From positions 1 to 52,893 of IMG/VR virus record IMGVR_UViG_3300032328_000405: a stretch of 52,893 bases of DNA, one strand, 5' to 3'. A program made the translations under genes and the position numbers. This DNA is from a virus (Duplodnaviria; Caudoviricetes). The notes under the pieces are model-generated. The model was not told the DNA's origin. It saw nothing but the letters and a program-made list of their open reading frames with translations, and did no database searches. Positions 18,374 through 27,002 of this stretch are shown in pieces; position 1 is the stretch's first letter; each line of letters begins with the position of its first letter.

Positions 18374-20954
18374 AACCGTCCCCTTGTTGAACTAAACCGC
18401 CTTCAGACATGCCAGTCGAATTATCCCTAACAAGCCCGCCTTTTGCCATTTCAATAGCAATCTTGTCTTGGTCATTTTTCAAACCAACCGCATCACGCTC
18501 AATCTTTGCAGCCTCAATCTGTTCCTTGAGTTGCATTTCAAGTTCTTTTGAGCCATAACGCAGTTCAAGGTCCTTCTCAGCCAATTCTTGCTCGGCCTGC
18601 ATCTTCTGAGTACGCAAAGAGGCATCCGCCTGCAGTTCAGCCTGCTTGAGTTGCATCTCCTGCTGATCCCTTTGCGCCCTACGCTGCGTTTCTGCCATGC
18701 TGGTCTGCAAAAGAACCTGCGCATCCGGCGGCATATCCGGCTGAGGCTTGCTTTGCTGCGACTGCTGCATGATTTGCTGAATAATTGGCATGATTCCAGC
18801 CAAAGTATCCTTCGTATCTAGCATAACGTGTTGAGATACGGCACCAAATATCTTATCCATCGGCTTGGGATCGGCCATTGATCCATAATCTTCAACTGTT
18901 TGCCCTGTTGTTTTCTTAACATAGCCATTCATTCTGCTTAAATACCACAGAACAATGTGTTGTTTCAAGTGTTCAATGACTTTTGGAGAGAAAGTCGGGG
19001 CAATTAGGGGATTTCCGCCATATACAGGGTCCTTTGCATAGTCTAAATGGACCTGAATATGACCCAAATGATCCTGTTCTGGGTAAGCACTAGCCGATTG
19101 ACCAATAGACATCGCCACATTCTCAGTGGCGGCATCAGCCTTTTCAGGTCCGGCGGTGTTAACCATTAACTCAGTGATATTCGGGACCTTAATCTGCTTT
19201 AAAAAGCGCTGAACAACAGCCTGCCGATTAAATAAATCAGGGTTTTTCTCCATCAGGGCCATCACGGCCTGCGTCTGCGCCATCCTCTGCGTCTCAGAGA
19301 AGATGTGCGGGTCACTAACCGGGATTACATCGGCCGATTTGAAGAAGTCCTCGCGGTTGATGTCCAGCCCCTCAACCATCTCATCACGCTGCATATCCTC
19401 CAGGTACCACTTGTTGATGCGGCCCAGGATCTTGAGCACCCGAGCCTGGCTTGCATGGAGCCTGGCATGGATCGCAGAGAACACAGCGGCGCCCTGCTCA
19501 ATCAAAGCCTGCGTCGTCCCAACAGGTGCATTGGCCTGGACGTCAGCAATCTTCTCCTCGCTAGTGGTCACAACCCCCTTAGCGGCGTCCGTCAGCCACG
19601 ACAGCAGGCTAAACAGGACAGGGGAGGGGGGGTTGAACGGCATCGGCATCGCAAGCTTCTTGATGTCGTCAATGCCCGGCGCCGCCTCAATCTCGGCAAC
19701 CTGCGTTACCTCAACCTGTACAGACTGCCCAGACAACTTCGCACCCTTGAGCTTCAGGAGGGTCGCGGCGTTGTTGATGTGGGCCGAGTCTAGAAGGGCG
19801 CGAAGAGAACCGGTGAGAGCAGCAGACAGACCGCCAATAAGATGAGGAAGGCCGATAGCGTAAGCACCGCGCCAAGGAATGAACTTAAACTCAACGATCC
19901 AGTCAAGCTTCGCCATCGTCTCATCGCCTTCCTCCCAGTTCCTGTACAGCCCAATCGCCTCAGAGTTGTAGTCGTCAATCATCAGGATATAAGGCGCAGA
20001 CTCACCCTTCGTGTACTCGTCGCCCTTAATCTCAAGCCAGGTATATATGTGGTATATACGGCGCAACCCGTCCTCGTTCTCGCTGTGGTTGCGGCCCTCA
20101 ATCTTGTCGTTAGCCTTCTGCGACTTGGTCGGCTCAAGCTCAAGCGCGGACGACATCCAGCTAATGTCTTTGTAGAGCCCAGACGCTACCCGGCGGTCGA
20201 ACTCGTACTGGGTAATGTCGTGGACCTCAGTCACCCGCTGAGCCGTATAGAAGTTGGCCGCGGCAAAAGGTAGCAGGACATTGTCAATCGGCAGGAACTC
20301 AGCACAGGGCCGGCGCTTCTTCTCGTCGTACCAGAGCTTCATGTACTGCGAGCCACCTAGCGGCAGCTGCGTCATCATCTGCTCCTGCTCGTCCCGGAAC
20401 TCCTCAATCTGGTTGGTCAACTGCCAGTTCATGAAGTCCCGCTTGCGCTCGGCCGCGGCTAGCTTGTTCTCGTCAACGTCGCCGATGATGTTTGTACGCA
20501 CAGGGCCATCGGGCGGGAACAGCTCCTTGATAGCTCGAGAGGCGAAGTCGATACAGGCCTCAGCCATCACCGGGTGAACGACCTTGCTGGCGCCGCTGAA
20601 GTTGGCCCCGCCTGGCGCATCGTTACCTAAACCAGTGCGGCGGATGCCCTCCTCGTACTGCTCATCGCGCTTCTCTCGAGCCCGCCGATCCTTCTCAACC
20701 AGCTCGATGTAACGCAGCGCCATCCCGCCAAAGTCCTCGTCCATCTCAAGGTCAAGGTCGTCGGCTAGGTTGCGGTAGAAGTCCTCATTCTCTCGAGGGC
20801 CCTCTGACTTGGTCGTGACCATCGCCCCGCCGTCGGGCAACTCCTCAATGTCCGTATCATCAAACAGTGAGCCAATGTCTTCTGCCGGCGCCGTGTCTGG
20901 CTGGCCCTCTACGAAGCGATCGGCCTCGGCGTCAACTGGGAACTGGGTTGGCAT
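18360..20954 (-). CDS. Portal protein
   Basis: 864 aa, long Q/E-rich C-terminal coiled coil (P22-like barrel), position between terL and scaffold. Confidence 0.88.
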   Translation of the reverse strand: MPTQFPVDAEADRFVEGQPDTAPAEDIGSLFDDTDIEELPDGGAMVTTKSEGPRENEDFYRNLADDLDLEMDEDFGGMALRYIELVEKDRRAREKRDEQYEEGIRRTGLGNDAPGGANFSGASKVVHPVMAEACIDFASRAIKELFPPDGPVRTNIIGDVDENKLAAAERKRDFMNWQLTNQIEEFRDEQEQMMTQLPLGGSQYMKLWYDEKKRRPCAEFLPIDNVLLPFAAANFYTAQRVTEVHDITQYEFDRRVASGLYKDISWMSSALELEPTKSQKANDKIEGRNHSENEDGLRRIYHIYTWLEIKGDEYTKGESAPYILMIDDYNSEAIGLYRNWEEGDETMAKLDWIVEFKFIPWRGAYAIGLPHLIGGLSAALTGSLRALLDSAHINNAATLLKLKGAKLSGQSVQVEVTQVAEIEAAPGIDDIKKLAMPMPFNPPSPVLFSLLSWLTDAAKGVVTTSEEKIADVQANAPVGTTQALIEQGAAVFSAIHARLHASQARVLKILGRINKWYLEDMQRDEMVEGLDINREDFFKSADVIPVSDPHIFSETQRMAQTQAVMALMEKNPDLFNRQAVVQRFLKQIKVPNITELMVNTAGPEKADAATENVAMSIGQSASAYPEQDHLGHIQVHLDYAKDPVYGGNPLIAPTFSPKVIEHLKQHIVLWYLSRMNGYVKKTTGQTVEDYGSMADPKPMDKIFGAVSQHVMLDTKDTLAGIMPIIQQIMQQSQQSKPQPDMPPDAQVLLQTSMAETQRRAQRDQQEMQLKQAELQADASLRTQKMQAEQELAEKDLELRYGSKELEMQLKEQIEAAKIERDAVGLKNDQDKIAIEMAKGGLVRDNSTGMSEGGLVQQGDGYENQ

Positions 20955-20976
20955 TTGTTTGCCCCTTTGCTACGAT
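20948..20976 (+). promoter_or_regulatory. Sigma70-type promoter for the antisense gene
   Basis: TTGGCA, 17 nt, TACGAT with an extended TG; the -35 overlaps the portal start codon. Confidence 0.65.
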
Positions 20977-21006
20977 ATATGTTGGTTAAAAAAAGAGGAA
21001 TCGAAA

Positions 21007-21213
21007 GTGGAACCTGAAGTCATCATCATCACCGGCGACAAAATGCTGCGCGTCCCGTATCCAATCTGGTCAGCATTCCTGCAGGCCGCGGCGCTCATGA
21101 TCGACACCGGAGATATGTACCCTCATCTCAAGCGAGATCTGGGCAAGCCGGTGCTTGATCAAGTCAAAGAAGTTAAGTACGCTTTGGACGATCACATTTC
21201 ATCGCCTCTTTGA
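21007..21213 (+). CDS. Small antisense gene (68 aa), immunity/moron-like
   Basis: GAGGA RBS and GTG start, own promoter; fills the gap between portal and the 493-aa gene. Confidence 0.65.
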   Translation: MEPEVIIITGDKMLRVPYPIWSAFLQAAALMIDTGDMYPHLKRDLGKPVLDQVKEVKYALDDHISSPL

Positions 21214-22673
21214 TCCCTCGCCGCGGCTGCCAGGGCCCCCGCAGTCAATCCGGTGCCGGCAACCCCATAAAGAGGATGGGTACGGCGCACTAGGCTGTCT
21301 CGAACCACCTCCTCGGGCGTCTTGCCGGTGACCCTGGCGGTTCGCTCAATAGCCTCGTTGACGTGCTGGATCATCGGCTTGCCCTTTGTGCCCTTGAGGC
21401 CCGCCCAAGTCACATCCTGAAAATTCGCCGGCTCAACGCCCTCTTTCCTTGCTAGGTCATGAACAACATCTTCAATTATTCCGTATGAATCCCCCGGAGG
21501 CGCTTTGTAGCGAGGATCGAACGCGGTCATCATCTGCTCATCAATTGTTGCGCGGTCACGGTGGCCAAGGAAGTTCCCGGAGAAATCAAATCGTTTAGGA
21601 GTTTCTGTAGCCGAGAGGCCTACGCCTTGATTGATTGCCTTGTCATACATGGCCATGTTGCCGGAAGCGAAGCGGCCGCCGATCGGGTATGGGAACTCAT
21701 AGGCAGCCTTGGGTTGAGGGACCCCCTGTTGACGCAAGAAGTTGCCGTAGTAGCCCATCAACAGATTGGCCGTCGGATCGGCGCCTCCGGTTGTCGCTGC
21801 CATCGAATCGGCAAACGCTTCCTTGAATAGATTCCTGCCTTTCTCTGGCCCGTACTCTTTGATGAACTCAGCCTCAAGTTGGCCCATCGCATACCAATCT
21901 TTGGTCAGCGCGTCTTCTGATCCTTTTTTAAAAGCATCCTTTAACCTTTTGCGAATTTCGGGGGTGTCAAAAGTCTTTTTCCATTTGTCAATTGTCGGTT
22001 GCTTCTTCGGGATAGCATCCGTAACCGTGCGCCCCTGCAATGGATATTTGCTTGCGTCAGCGTAATACCGTTGCTCAACGTCAAAATAGGGAGAGTATCG
22101 CCCTGCGTCAATGTCCTTCTGCGCCGCCTTTCTAGCCTTGCCAACAGCCAGAGCCTCATCGGACAATTGCTTTTCCAAGAACTCCTTGCCAGTCGTTTTG
22201 TCAACAGCCGGCAAAGGAGGAGCCAGGTCAGGGTACTGCTTCGCGATCTTGGCCTGGTCGTATCCCAAGCCACCCTTGACCGCCTTAGCGAGACCGGGAG
22301 CAACCTTGACCGCCCCAGCAGCACCAGGCAGAACCCCAAGAACCGCGGATCCATAGTTGCGAAGGGCGTCACCGTATCTGCCAGACTCGAGGTCGTAGTT
22401 GCCCTGGCTGATGTCTCGGCCACCCTCCTCGAGCCCCTTGGCGGCACCTAGGAACGGCACGACATCAATCGCACCCATACCGCCAGGGATACCGCTATCG
22501 GATCCACCGAACGCTGTCATGGAGAGCTTGCGGGCCCTAGCTGGGGTGGTGACCTTACGCAACTGCTCCTCGAGGAAAGCCTGCGCCTTCTCCGCCTGGG
22601 TTAGCTCTCGGCTGCGGGCTTCAGGTTCAACACCACGAAGCAGGCGCTCCATCGTCGGGTACGTTGCTGGCAT
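21192..22673 (-). CDS. Putative head cargo protein: pre-toxin-like N-region plus HhH glycosylase-like C-domain
   Basis: 'IDVVPFLGAAKG..AVLGVLPGAAGAVK' N-region; 'DWY..AATT..N..PK..F..N..G..TID..Y..Q..W' C-domain. Confidence 0.5.
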   Translation of the reverse strand: MPATYPTMERLLRGVEPEARSRELTQAEKAQAFLEEQLRKVTTPARARKLSMTAFGGSDSGIPGGMGAIDVVPFLGAAKGLEEGGRDISQGNYDLESGRYGDALRNYGSAVLGVLPGAAGAVKVAPGLAKAVKGGLGYDQAKIAKQYPDLAPPLPAVDKTTGKEFLEKQLSDEALAVGKARKAAQKDIDAGRYSPYFDVEQRYYADASKYPLQGRTVTDAIPKKQPTIDKWKKTFDTPEIRKRLKDAFKKGSEDALTKDWYAMGQLEAEFIKEYGPEKGRNLFKEAFADSMAATTGGADPTANLLMGYYGNFLRQQGVPQPKAAYEFPYPIGGRFASGNMAMYDKAINQGVGLSATETPKRFDFSGNFLGHRDRATIDEQMMTAFDPRYKAPPGDSYGIIEDVVHDLARKEGVEPANFQDVTWAGLKGTKGKPMIQHVNEAIERTARVTGKTPEEVVRDSLVRRTHPLYGVAGTGLTAGALAAAARDQRGDEM

Positions 22674-22687
22674 ATGTCACCTGTCTC

Positions 22688-23122
22688 TTATTGGGTTACT
22701 TTAGGTAAGGCGCCTTCGGACTTCTTCTTTTTGTTTGGTGCCTCTGTTGAGGTTGGTTTGTCGCCCATTCGTTGTTTTAAATAAATGGTTGCGTCTTCTG
22801 GTGTTTTTAATCCCAAAGCGTCAGGGTTTACACCCGTGTCCCTCATAAAGTATTCTTTCCACGCCGTAGGGTGCTCTGCCGATTTGAGCATTTCCCCTGT
22901 GGGCAGTGATGAAGGCCAGTGAAAACGATTGTTGTCATATGGGTCGCGCTCAGGTTGCAGGCCAGCTTTCCACGCAGCCCTGTAATCATAGTCTTTAGTG
23001 TCTAAGTCAGGTTCCTCATTGTACTCAGACTTGAACTCTTTAAACCAATCTGTACCGCGAATCCAATTTTGAAATGCCGATTCATCGTTTGGCTCACCCT
23101 TTGCATATCTCAGGCCACTCAT
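22688..23122 (-). CDS. Hypothetical cargo protein
   Basis: 144 aa; 'DYDYRAAWKAG..HWPS..K..HPT'; AT-richer than flanks; AGGTGA RBS. Confidence 0.7.
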   Translation of the reverse strand: MSGLRYAKGEPNDESAFQNWIRGTDWFKEFKSEYNEEPDLDTKDYDYRAAWKAGLQPERDPYDNNRFHWPSSLPTGEMLKSAEHPTAWKEYFMRDTGVNPDALGLKTPEDATIYLKQRMGDKPTSTEAPNKKKKSEGALPKVTQ

Positions 23123-23129
23123 ATGTCAC

Positions 23130-24557
23130 CTATGCGGCGTAGGGGTTAACGCGCTTCCTGCTGGCGCCGGAGTCCGCGTAGTCGTCATCGTCGTAGTCGT
23201 CTCGAGGCGGTGGGTCAATCTCAATCCAGCCGGAGTCACGGAGGAACCTCAGGCCCTGGCTGGTGCAATCAACGAAGTCGTCGTGGGTCGTCTCAGGGAA
23301 TGCGCAGAGCTGGCTGACCATACCCTCGGCCCAGTCGCGAACGTAGCCAGGCCTGGTACTGCTCTCAGGTATCCAGACCCTGCCGCGGGCGATCACGTTG
23401 CTGACGATGTTGAGTCGCTGCATCTTGTCTGCTTTGCCGGGGTTATATGAGCGAACGGGAAGATGCGCCCTTTGAAGGTCCTGAATGAGGCTGATACCGG
23501 CTGACTTATCCTCAACCAGAATGAGGTCAACGCGCTTACGATCCTTTCCCTCGCCATACACATTGTCGTATTCCTCAATTACCTTAGGCCGTAAATCGGG
23601 GTATTGTAATCTATCCTGCCAGCAATCAATGACCATCACAGCCATTGGATCGTCAGTCGGTTTAAAGACGCCATAGGTAATACAGGCAGTCGGATCGTTT
23701 TGCGTCTTCTCTGTATAGGCGCAATCGTAACTCTGGATAATGTATTCAAACCGCGGGAATGGCTTATCTGCCGGCCATAACTTGAACATATCCCTTTTGA
23801 CAATGCCGCTCTCTTCAGGATCAATGATCTCGGCGAAAATCTCCTGGCGCCCAAGCTTGGTCCCCTCATACTGCAGGATTTGTCTTTGAAAGTTGGGCGA
23901 TAGGTTGGCCAGGTTGGTGTACGTCGATGCCGTAGTCACCACAACATCATCACCGTCCCTGCCGATCAGGTCGATGATCAGGTCTTTAGGTCTGGGCGTT
24001 GTGGTGCAGATCATGATCGTCCGCTTACCCAGCCGCAGACCGAACTGGATCTGATCCCAGGCCTGTTGCAAATAATCCCAGGCCGCGAGCTCATCAGCCC
24101 AACAAAAATGGAACTGTGGACCCCGAAAGCGCTCTGGTTCGCTAGCTGGGATGCCCTTAATGAGCGAGCCGTTCTTTAGGCGCAATTCGAGTAGGCTTTT
24201 GTTGTAGTCCTCAATCAGAACCGGCGGGATAACACTGAGGAGGCCGCTGTCGCCTTCAAAACAAACTGAGCGAACATCTGAGGCCGTTGGAGCGGCAACA
24301 AGGGCTCGAGTGTTTGGGTTAGACCAAGTAAGCCATCCTATCTGTTCAGCGGCCAGTCTCGTTTTTCCGGCTCCCCTGCCTGCACAGAGTAACCAAATAC
24401 TCCACCAGTCACCTGGAGGCATTATCTGGTGATCATGGGCCGCTGTAAGCCACTTCATCCGCCAGAAGAATGCGGCCCTATCAACGTCGGAGAGTGTTGC
24501 AGCCTGCGCCTGTACCTTAGGATCGGAGAGCGCCTGAATCAGCGCATCATCATTCAT
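23130..24557 (-). CDS. terL: Terminase large subunit
   Basis: Walker A 'GRGAGKT', Walker B 'WADE', 'TTTP' coupling motif, RNase H-like 'SYDCA..D' and 'HDDFVD'. Confidence 0.96.
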   Translation of the reverse strand: MNDDALIQALSDPKVQAQAATLSDVDRAAFFWRMKWLTAAHDHQIMPPGDWWSIWLLCAGRGAGKTRLAAEQIGWLTWSNPNTRALVAAPTASDVRSVCFEGDSGLLSVIPPVLIEDYNKSLLELRLKNGSLIKGIPASEPERFRGPQFHFCWADELAAWDYLQQAWDQIQFGLRLGKRTIMICTTTPRPKDLIIDLIGRDGDDVVVTTASTYTNLANLSPNFQRQILQYEGTKLGRQEIFAEIIDPEESGIVKRDMFKLWPADKPFPRFEYIIQSYDCAYTEKTQNDPTACITYGVFKPTDDPMAVMVIDCWQDRLQYPDLRPKVIEEYDNVYGEGKDRKRVDLILVEDKSAGISLIQDLQRAHLPVRSYNPGKADKMQRLNIVSNVIARGRVWIPESSTRPGYVRDWAEGMVSQLCAFPETTHDDFVDCTSQGLRFLRDSGWIEIDPPPRDDYDDDDYADSGASRKRVNPYAA

Positions 24558-24915
24558 TGGCCCTGAGCTGTCGCCTGGTCTCGAGGTTAGTGATCAGTTC
24601 ATTGAACACAGTAGTATCAACCTTGATGGGGCCACCGTTCTCACCGGTCAACTCAATCTGGGAGCGATCGGACCATCCTGCACGGGACTTTAGCCAGAAG
24701 ATGGCCGCGGGGATATTCCCGTTCTTCCCTGCATTAAAGAGCGACGTAGCCATCTCCGAGGTGGCATCAATACGTCCATCATCAAGCTCTCTGCGGTACT
24801 TACGGACCAGGGTATCTTGAGATATACCGATCTTAGTGGCGATATCCTCATGACGAATGCCAGCAGCCGCTAGTGTACGGACTATCGTTTGATTGGCCTC
24901 CGTTACATGGTGCAT
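24550..24915 (-). CDS. terS: Terminase small subunit
   Basis: HTH 'EDIATKIGISQDTL', 'AAIFWLKSRAGW', 'ELTGENGGPI'; directly upstream of terL. Confidence 0.85.
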   Translation of the reverse strand: MHHVTEANQTIVRTLAAAGIRHEDIATKIGISQDTLVRKYRRELDDGRIDATSEMATSLFNAGKNGNIPAAIFWLKSRAGWSDRSQIELTGENGGPIKVDTTVFNELITNLETRRQLRANE

Positions 24916-24999
24916 TTTAAAATCTCCGAAAAAAACAAATAGCGACAGCGGCGTCACTTTATATTTATCTTTTCTTTTCTTGTCTTTCTTATCTTTCTG

Positions 25000-25185
25000 G
25001 CAATGCTAGCCCTTACCGTACCTATAGAGAAGATACAGGACCGCTTTACGCTGCTCTGGCAACGCTTCCCAGACTTATTTCAACCGCCCGGCTCTGGGAT
25101 TCGCCCACCGCCCCCGCTCTGGCTTGCTCGTGTAACGGGGTTTGCAAGCTCCCACCACCGACGGACCGCATGGGAGCGAGCGACC
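25000..25185 (-). ncRNA. Candidate structured RNA or leader upstream of terS
   Basis: Five consecutive stem-loops, with G-U pairs forming only on the minus strand; extended -10 TGtCATAAT at about 25186-25194. Confidence 0.45.
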
Positions 25186-25201
25186 ATTATGACATAAAAA
25201 A

Positions 25202-25399
25202 TTAGTCAAACTTCGGCCATAGCATGAGCATACCCTTCTTTGCCCCGCGGCGGACCAGCTCCTTCTCACTGGCTATCAATCCTCCTGGTAGGGCGTAGTA
25301 GCCAAAAATGTGGAAGTGTGGGACGAGGTTGATGCCGTTGAGTACCAGGCACTTGGTGGCCACTTTGGCTGATGCGATTGTCATTTTATTGTCCTTCAA
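25202..25399 (-). CDS. Hypothetical protein
   Basis: 65 aa, co-oriented with neighbours, 'VPHF..Y.LPGG'. Confidence 0.6.
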   Translation of the reverse strand: MKDNKMTIASAKVATKCLVLNGINLVPHFHIFGYYALPGGLIASEKELVRRGAKKGMLMLWPKFD

Positions 25400-25625
25400 G
25401 TTGTGCGAGTTCCTCGGCCACCCACTGGATTGCCCAGGAGTGTGATGGTTCGTTGATCAGGTTCTGGACCCACTCAAAGTTCTCAAAGCCTGCGACCTTG
25501 AAAGCCTCAAAGTTGGCGAAGGTCACGAACTGCTCTACCAAATACTGTTTTGCCCACTCGGCATCCTCGATGGCTGGATGTGCCTGGTCTTCGAGGAACC
25601 GCTTGATTTCTTGCTTGATGTTCAT
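25386..25625 (-). CDS. Hypothetical early protein (79 aa)
   Basis: Start reassigned to MNIKQ after the RBS AAAGGACAGTGAAATG. Confidence 0.7.
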   Translation of the reverse strand: MNIKQEIKRFLEDQAHPAIEDAEWAKQYLVEQFVTFANFEAFKVAGFENFEWVQNLINEPSHSWAIQWVAEELAQLEGQ

Positions 25626-25743
25626 TTCACTGTCCTTTCTCTTGGTTGCGCCGAGACGTTCAGCGCATGAGTTGAACTGTACACAGATTTTTTGGTCTTG
25701 TGTGAACTTTTTTGAACTTTTTTTACTAGGGGAAACCCTAGGT
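25623..25743 (-). promoter_or_regulatory. Early promoter cassette, copy 1
   Basis: A-tracts, ACACA..TGTGT dyad, TACAGT -10, shared RBS; CTAGGGGAAACCCTAG palindrome upstream. Confidence 0.7.
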
Positions 25744-25956
25744 AACACGGCCGTTTTTTTTCTCAAACGAGTCTAAAACCTTCTGGAATCCTTCGATCAA
25801 GAGCCTGGTTTCATCAGGGGTCATAGTAATTACTATGTGTCCGTTGTTGAAATCCAGCTCAAACCAAACTGAACTAACTGAATCGTCCTCCCACTCACCT
25901 GTGGTAATCCTCATCCCATCTTCTATAACAATAATCGTGGATAAAGGGTTGTGCAT
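25738..25956 (-). CDS. Hypothetical early protein (72 aa)
   Basis: RBS AGAAAGGACAGAAAATG before MHNPL. Confidence 0.65.
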   Translation of the reverse strand: MHNPLSTIIVIEDGMRITTGEWEDDSVSSVWFELDFNNGHIVITMTPDETRLLIEGFQKVLDSFEKKNGRVT

Positions 25957-26012
25957 TTTCTGTCCTTTCTTGAGGTGGGGGCCGAGACCCCCGGTTGGTT
26001 GACTCAAGCCGA

Positions 26013-26279
26013 TCAAATCTTTTCGTACTTGGCGATGAGAACTTTCAACTTACGAACGTCCTGCATTGCAAGGCGCTCCTCTGCCGCACCGTACTCACCG
26101 TTGAGTTCATCGTTGTTGATATGTCCGCTTTCGAAATACGTTGACAGAACGTACTTGGCTTCATTGACGATCTCGGAATCTGTGTAGTCTTCGATCTCTT
26201 TGCCATCGTCATCGCTGATGTTCAAGAGTGTCTGGTGAAGCTGACGAATCTTGAATGCTGCTTTTAGGATTGCTCTCAT
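26013..26279 (-). CDS. Hypothetical early protein (88 aa)
   Basis: RBS AAAGGTAGTGAAATG before MRAILK. Confidence 0.7.
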   Translation of the reverse strand: MRAILKAAFKIRQLHQTLLNISDDDGKEIEDYTDSEIVNEAKYVLSTYFESGHINNDELNGEYGAAEERLAMQDVRKLKVLIAKYEKI

Positions 26280-26389
26280 TTCACTACCTTTCACTGTTAC
26301 CGGTCGGAAGTGACCGTAGACAAATACTCTCACAAACAAACCCGTCTGTGTGAACTTTTTTGAAAATATTTTCTAGGGACAAACCCTAA
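26277..26389 (-). promoter_or_regulatory. Early promoter cassette, copy 2
   Basis: AAAAAAGTTCACACA shared with copy 1; TAGGGACAAACCCTA palindrome. Confidence 0.65.
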
Positions 26390-26670
26390 CGTCTCCACCA
26401 GTGATACTTGTGCTGGTCCGCATGAGGTAGGACGCACTCCAAAGTCTTGACAACACCCGCCGTGCCCGCGGTTGGACAGGAGTAGGTCGTGACCCTTACG
26501 AACGGACGGCTACGGCCCCACAGCAGGCTAAAGCGCACACCCCACTGCCATTTAGCCCGCCTCCAATAGGTTATGGCCAGACCATACTGTCCGTCAGCCT
26601 TCTCGGCCCAGCACCAGTGCTCAGGAATGACGAGGATCGTGAACCGGCGTATTTTTGCTTCGATTCTCAT
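26386..26670 (-). CDS. Hypothetical Trp-rich protein
   Basis: 94-aa ORF co-oriented in the early cluster. Confidence 0.5.
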   Translation of the reverse strand: MRIEAKIRRFTILVIPEHWCWAEKADGQYGLAITYWRRAKWQWGVRFSLLWGRSRPFVRVTTYSCPTAGTAGVVKTLECVLPHADQHKYHWWRR

Positions 26671-26755
26671 TCTGTTTCCGTTTGTCTTTGTGCTTTCCCG
26701 ACCCTCGAGGAGGCCGCTGGATCAGGTCGCGGATTACGGGATTGCGTTTTTTCAC
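26621..26755 (-). CDS. Small basic protein (44 aa), absent from the ORF track
   Basis: MKKRNPVIRDLIQRPPRGSGKHKDKRK...; the 'NPV..GKHKDK' pattern recurs in small phage proteins. Confidence 0.5.
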   Translation of the reverse strand: MKKRNPVIRDLIQRPPRGSGKHKDKRKQNENRSKNTPVHDPRHS

Positions 26756-26768
26756 TTCACCGCGGATG

Positions 26769-27002
26769 TTAGCCGGATCGTTCACTCTCGAGCTCCCCGA
26801 TCAGTCGGTTGATGTACCAGGCGGCTTTTTTCAAGTCCACCACCGCATCGCCCTTCAGGCCGGCCCTGGAGAGATACTTGAGTGCGTTGAGCCTCAGGTA
26901 TCCCCGGAACTCCTCAGGGCTCGCCTTGGCCCGCATATAGTCGATCGTCTCGATTCCGCCCGCGGTGTAGTGTCCTGGGCTGTTGACCTCATCATTCATC
27001 AA
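26769..27002 (-). CDS. DUF3310 protein (T7 gp1.7/SaV-like)
   Basis: 'VNSPGHYTAGGIETIDY..NALKYLSRAG.KG..DLKKAAWYI'. Confidence 0.88.
   Translation of the reverse strand: MMNDEVNSPGHYTAGGIETIDYMRAKASPEEFRGYLRLNALKYLSRAGLKGDAVVDLKKAAWYINRLIGELESERSG

Noticed and set aside
20809-21006. N-terminal extension of the 134-aa plus-strand ORF
   Set aside because: It overlaps the portal gene antisense; the promoter and RBS point to the GTG at 21007
25000-25185. tRNA or tmRNA
   Set aside because: No cloverleaf, TTCRA T-loop or CCA end was recognised
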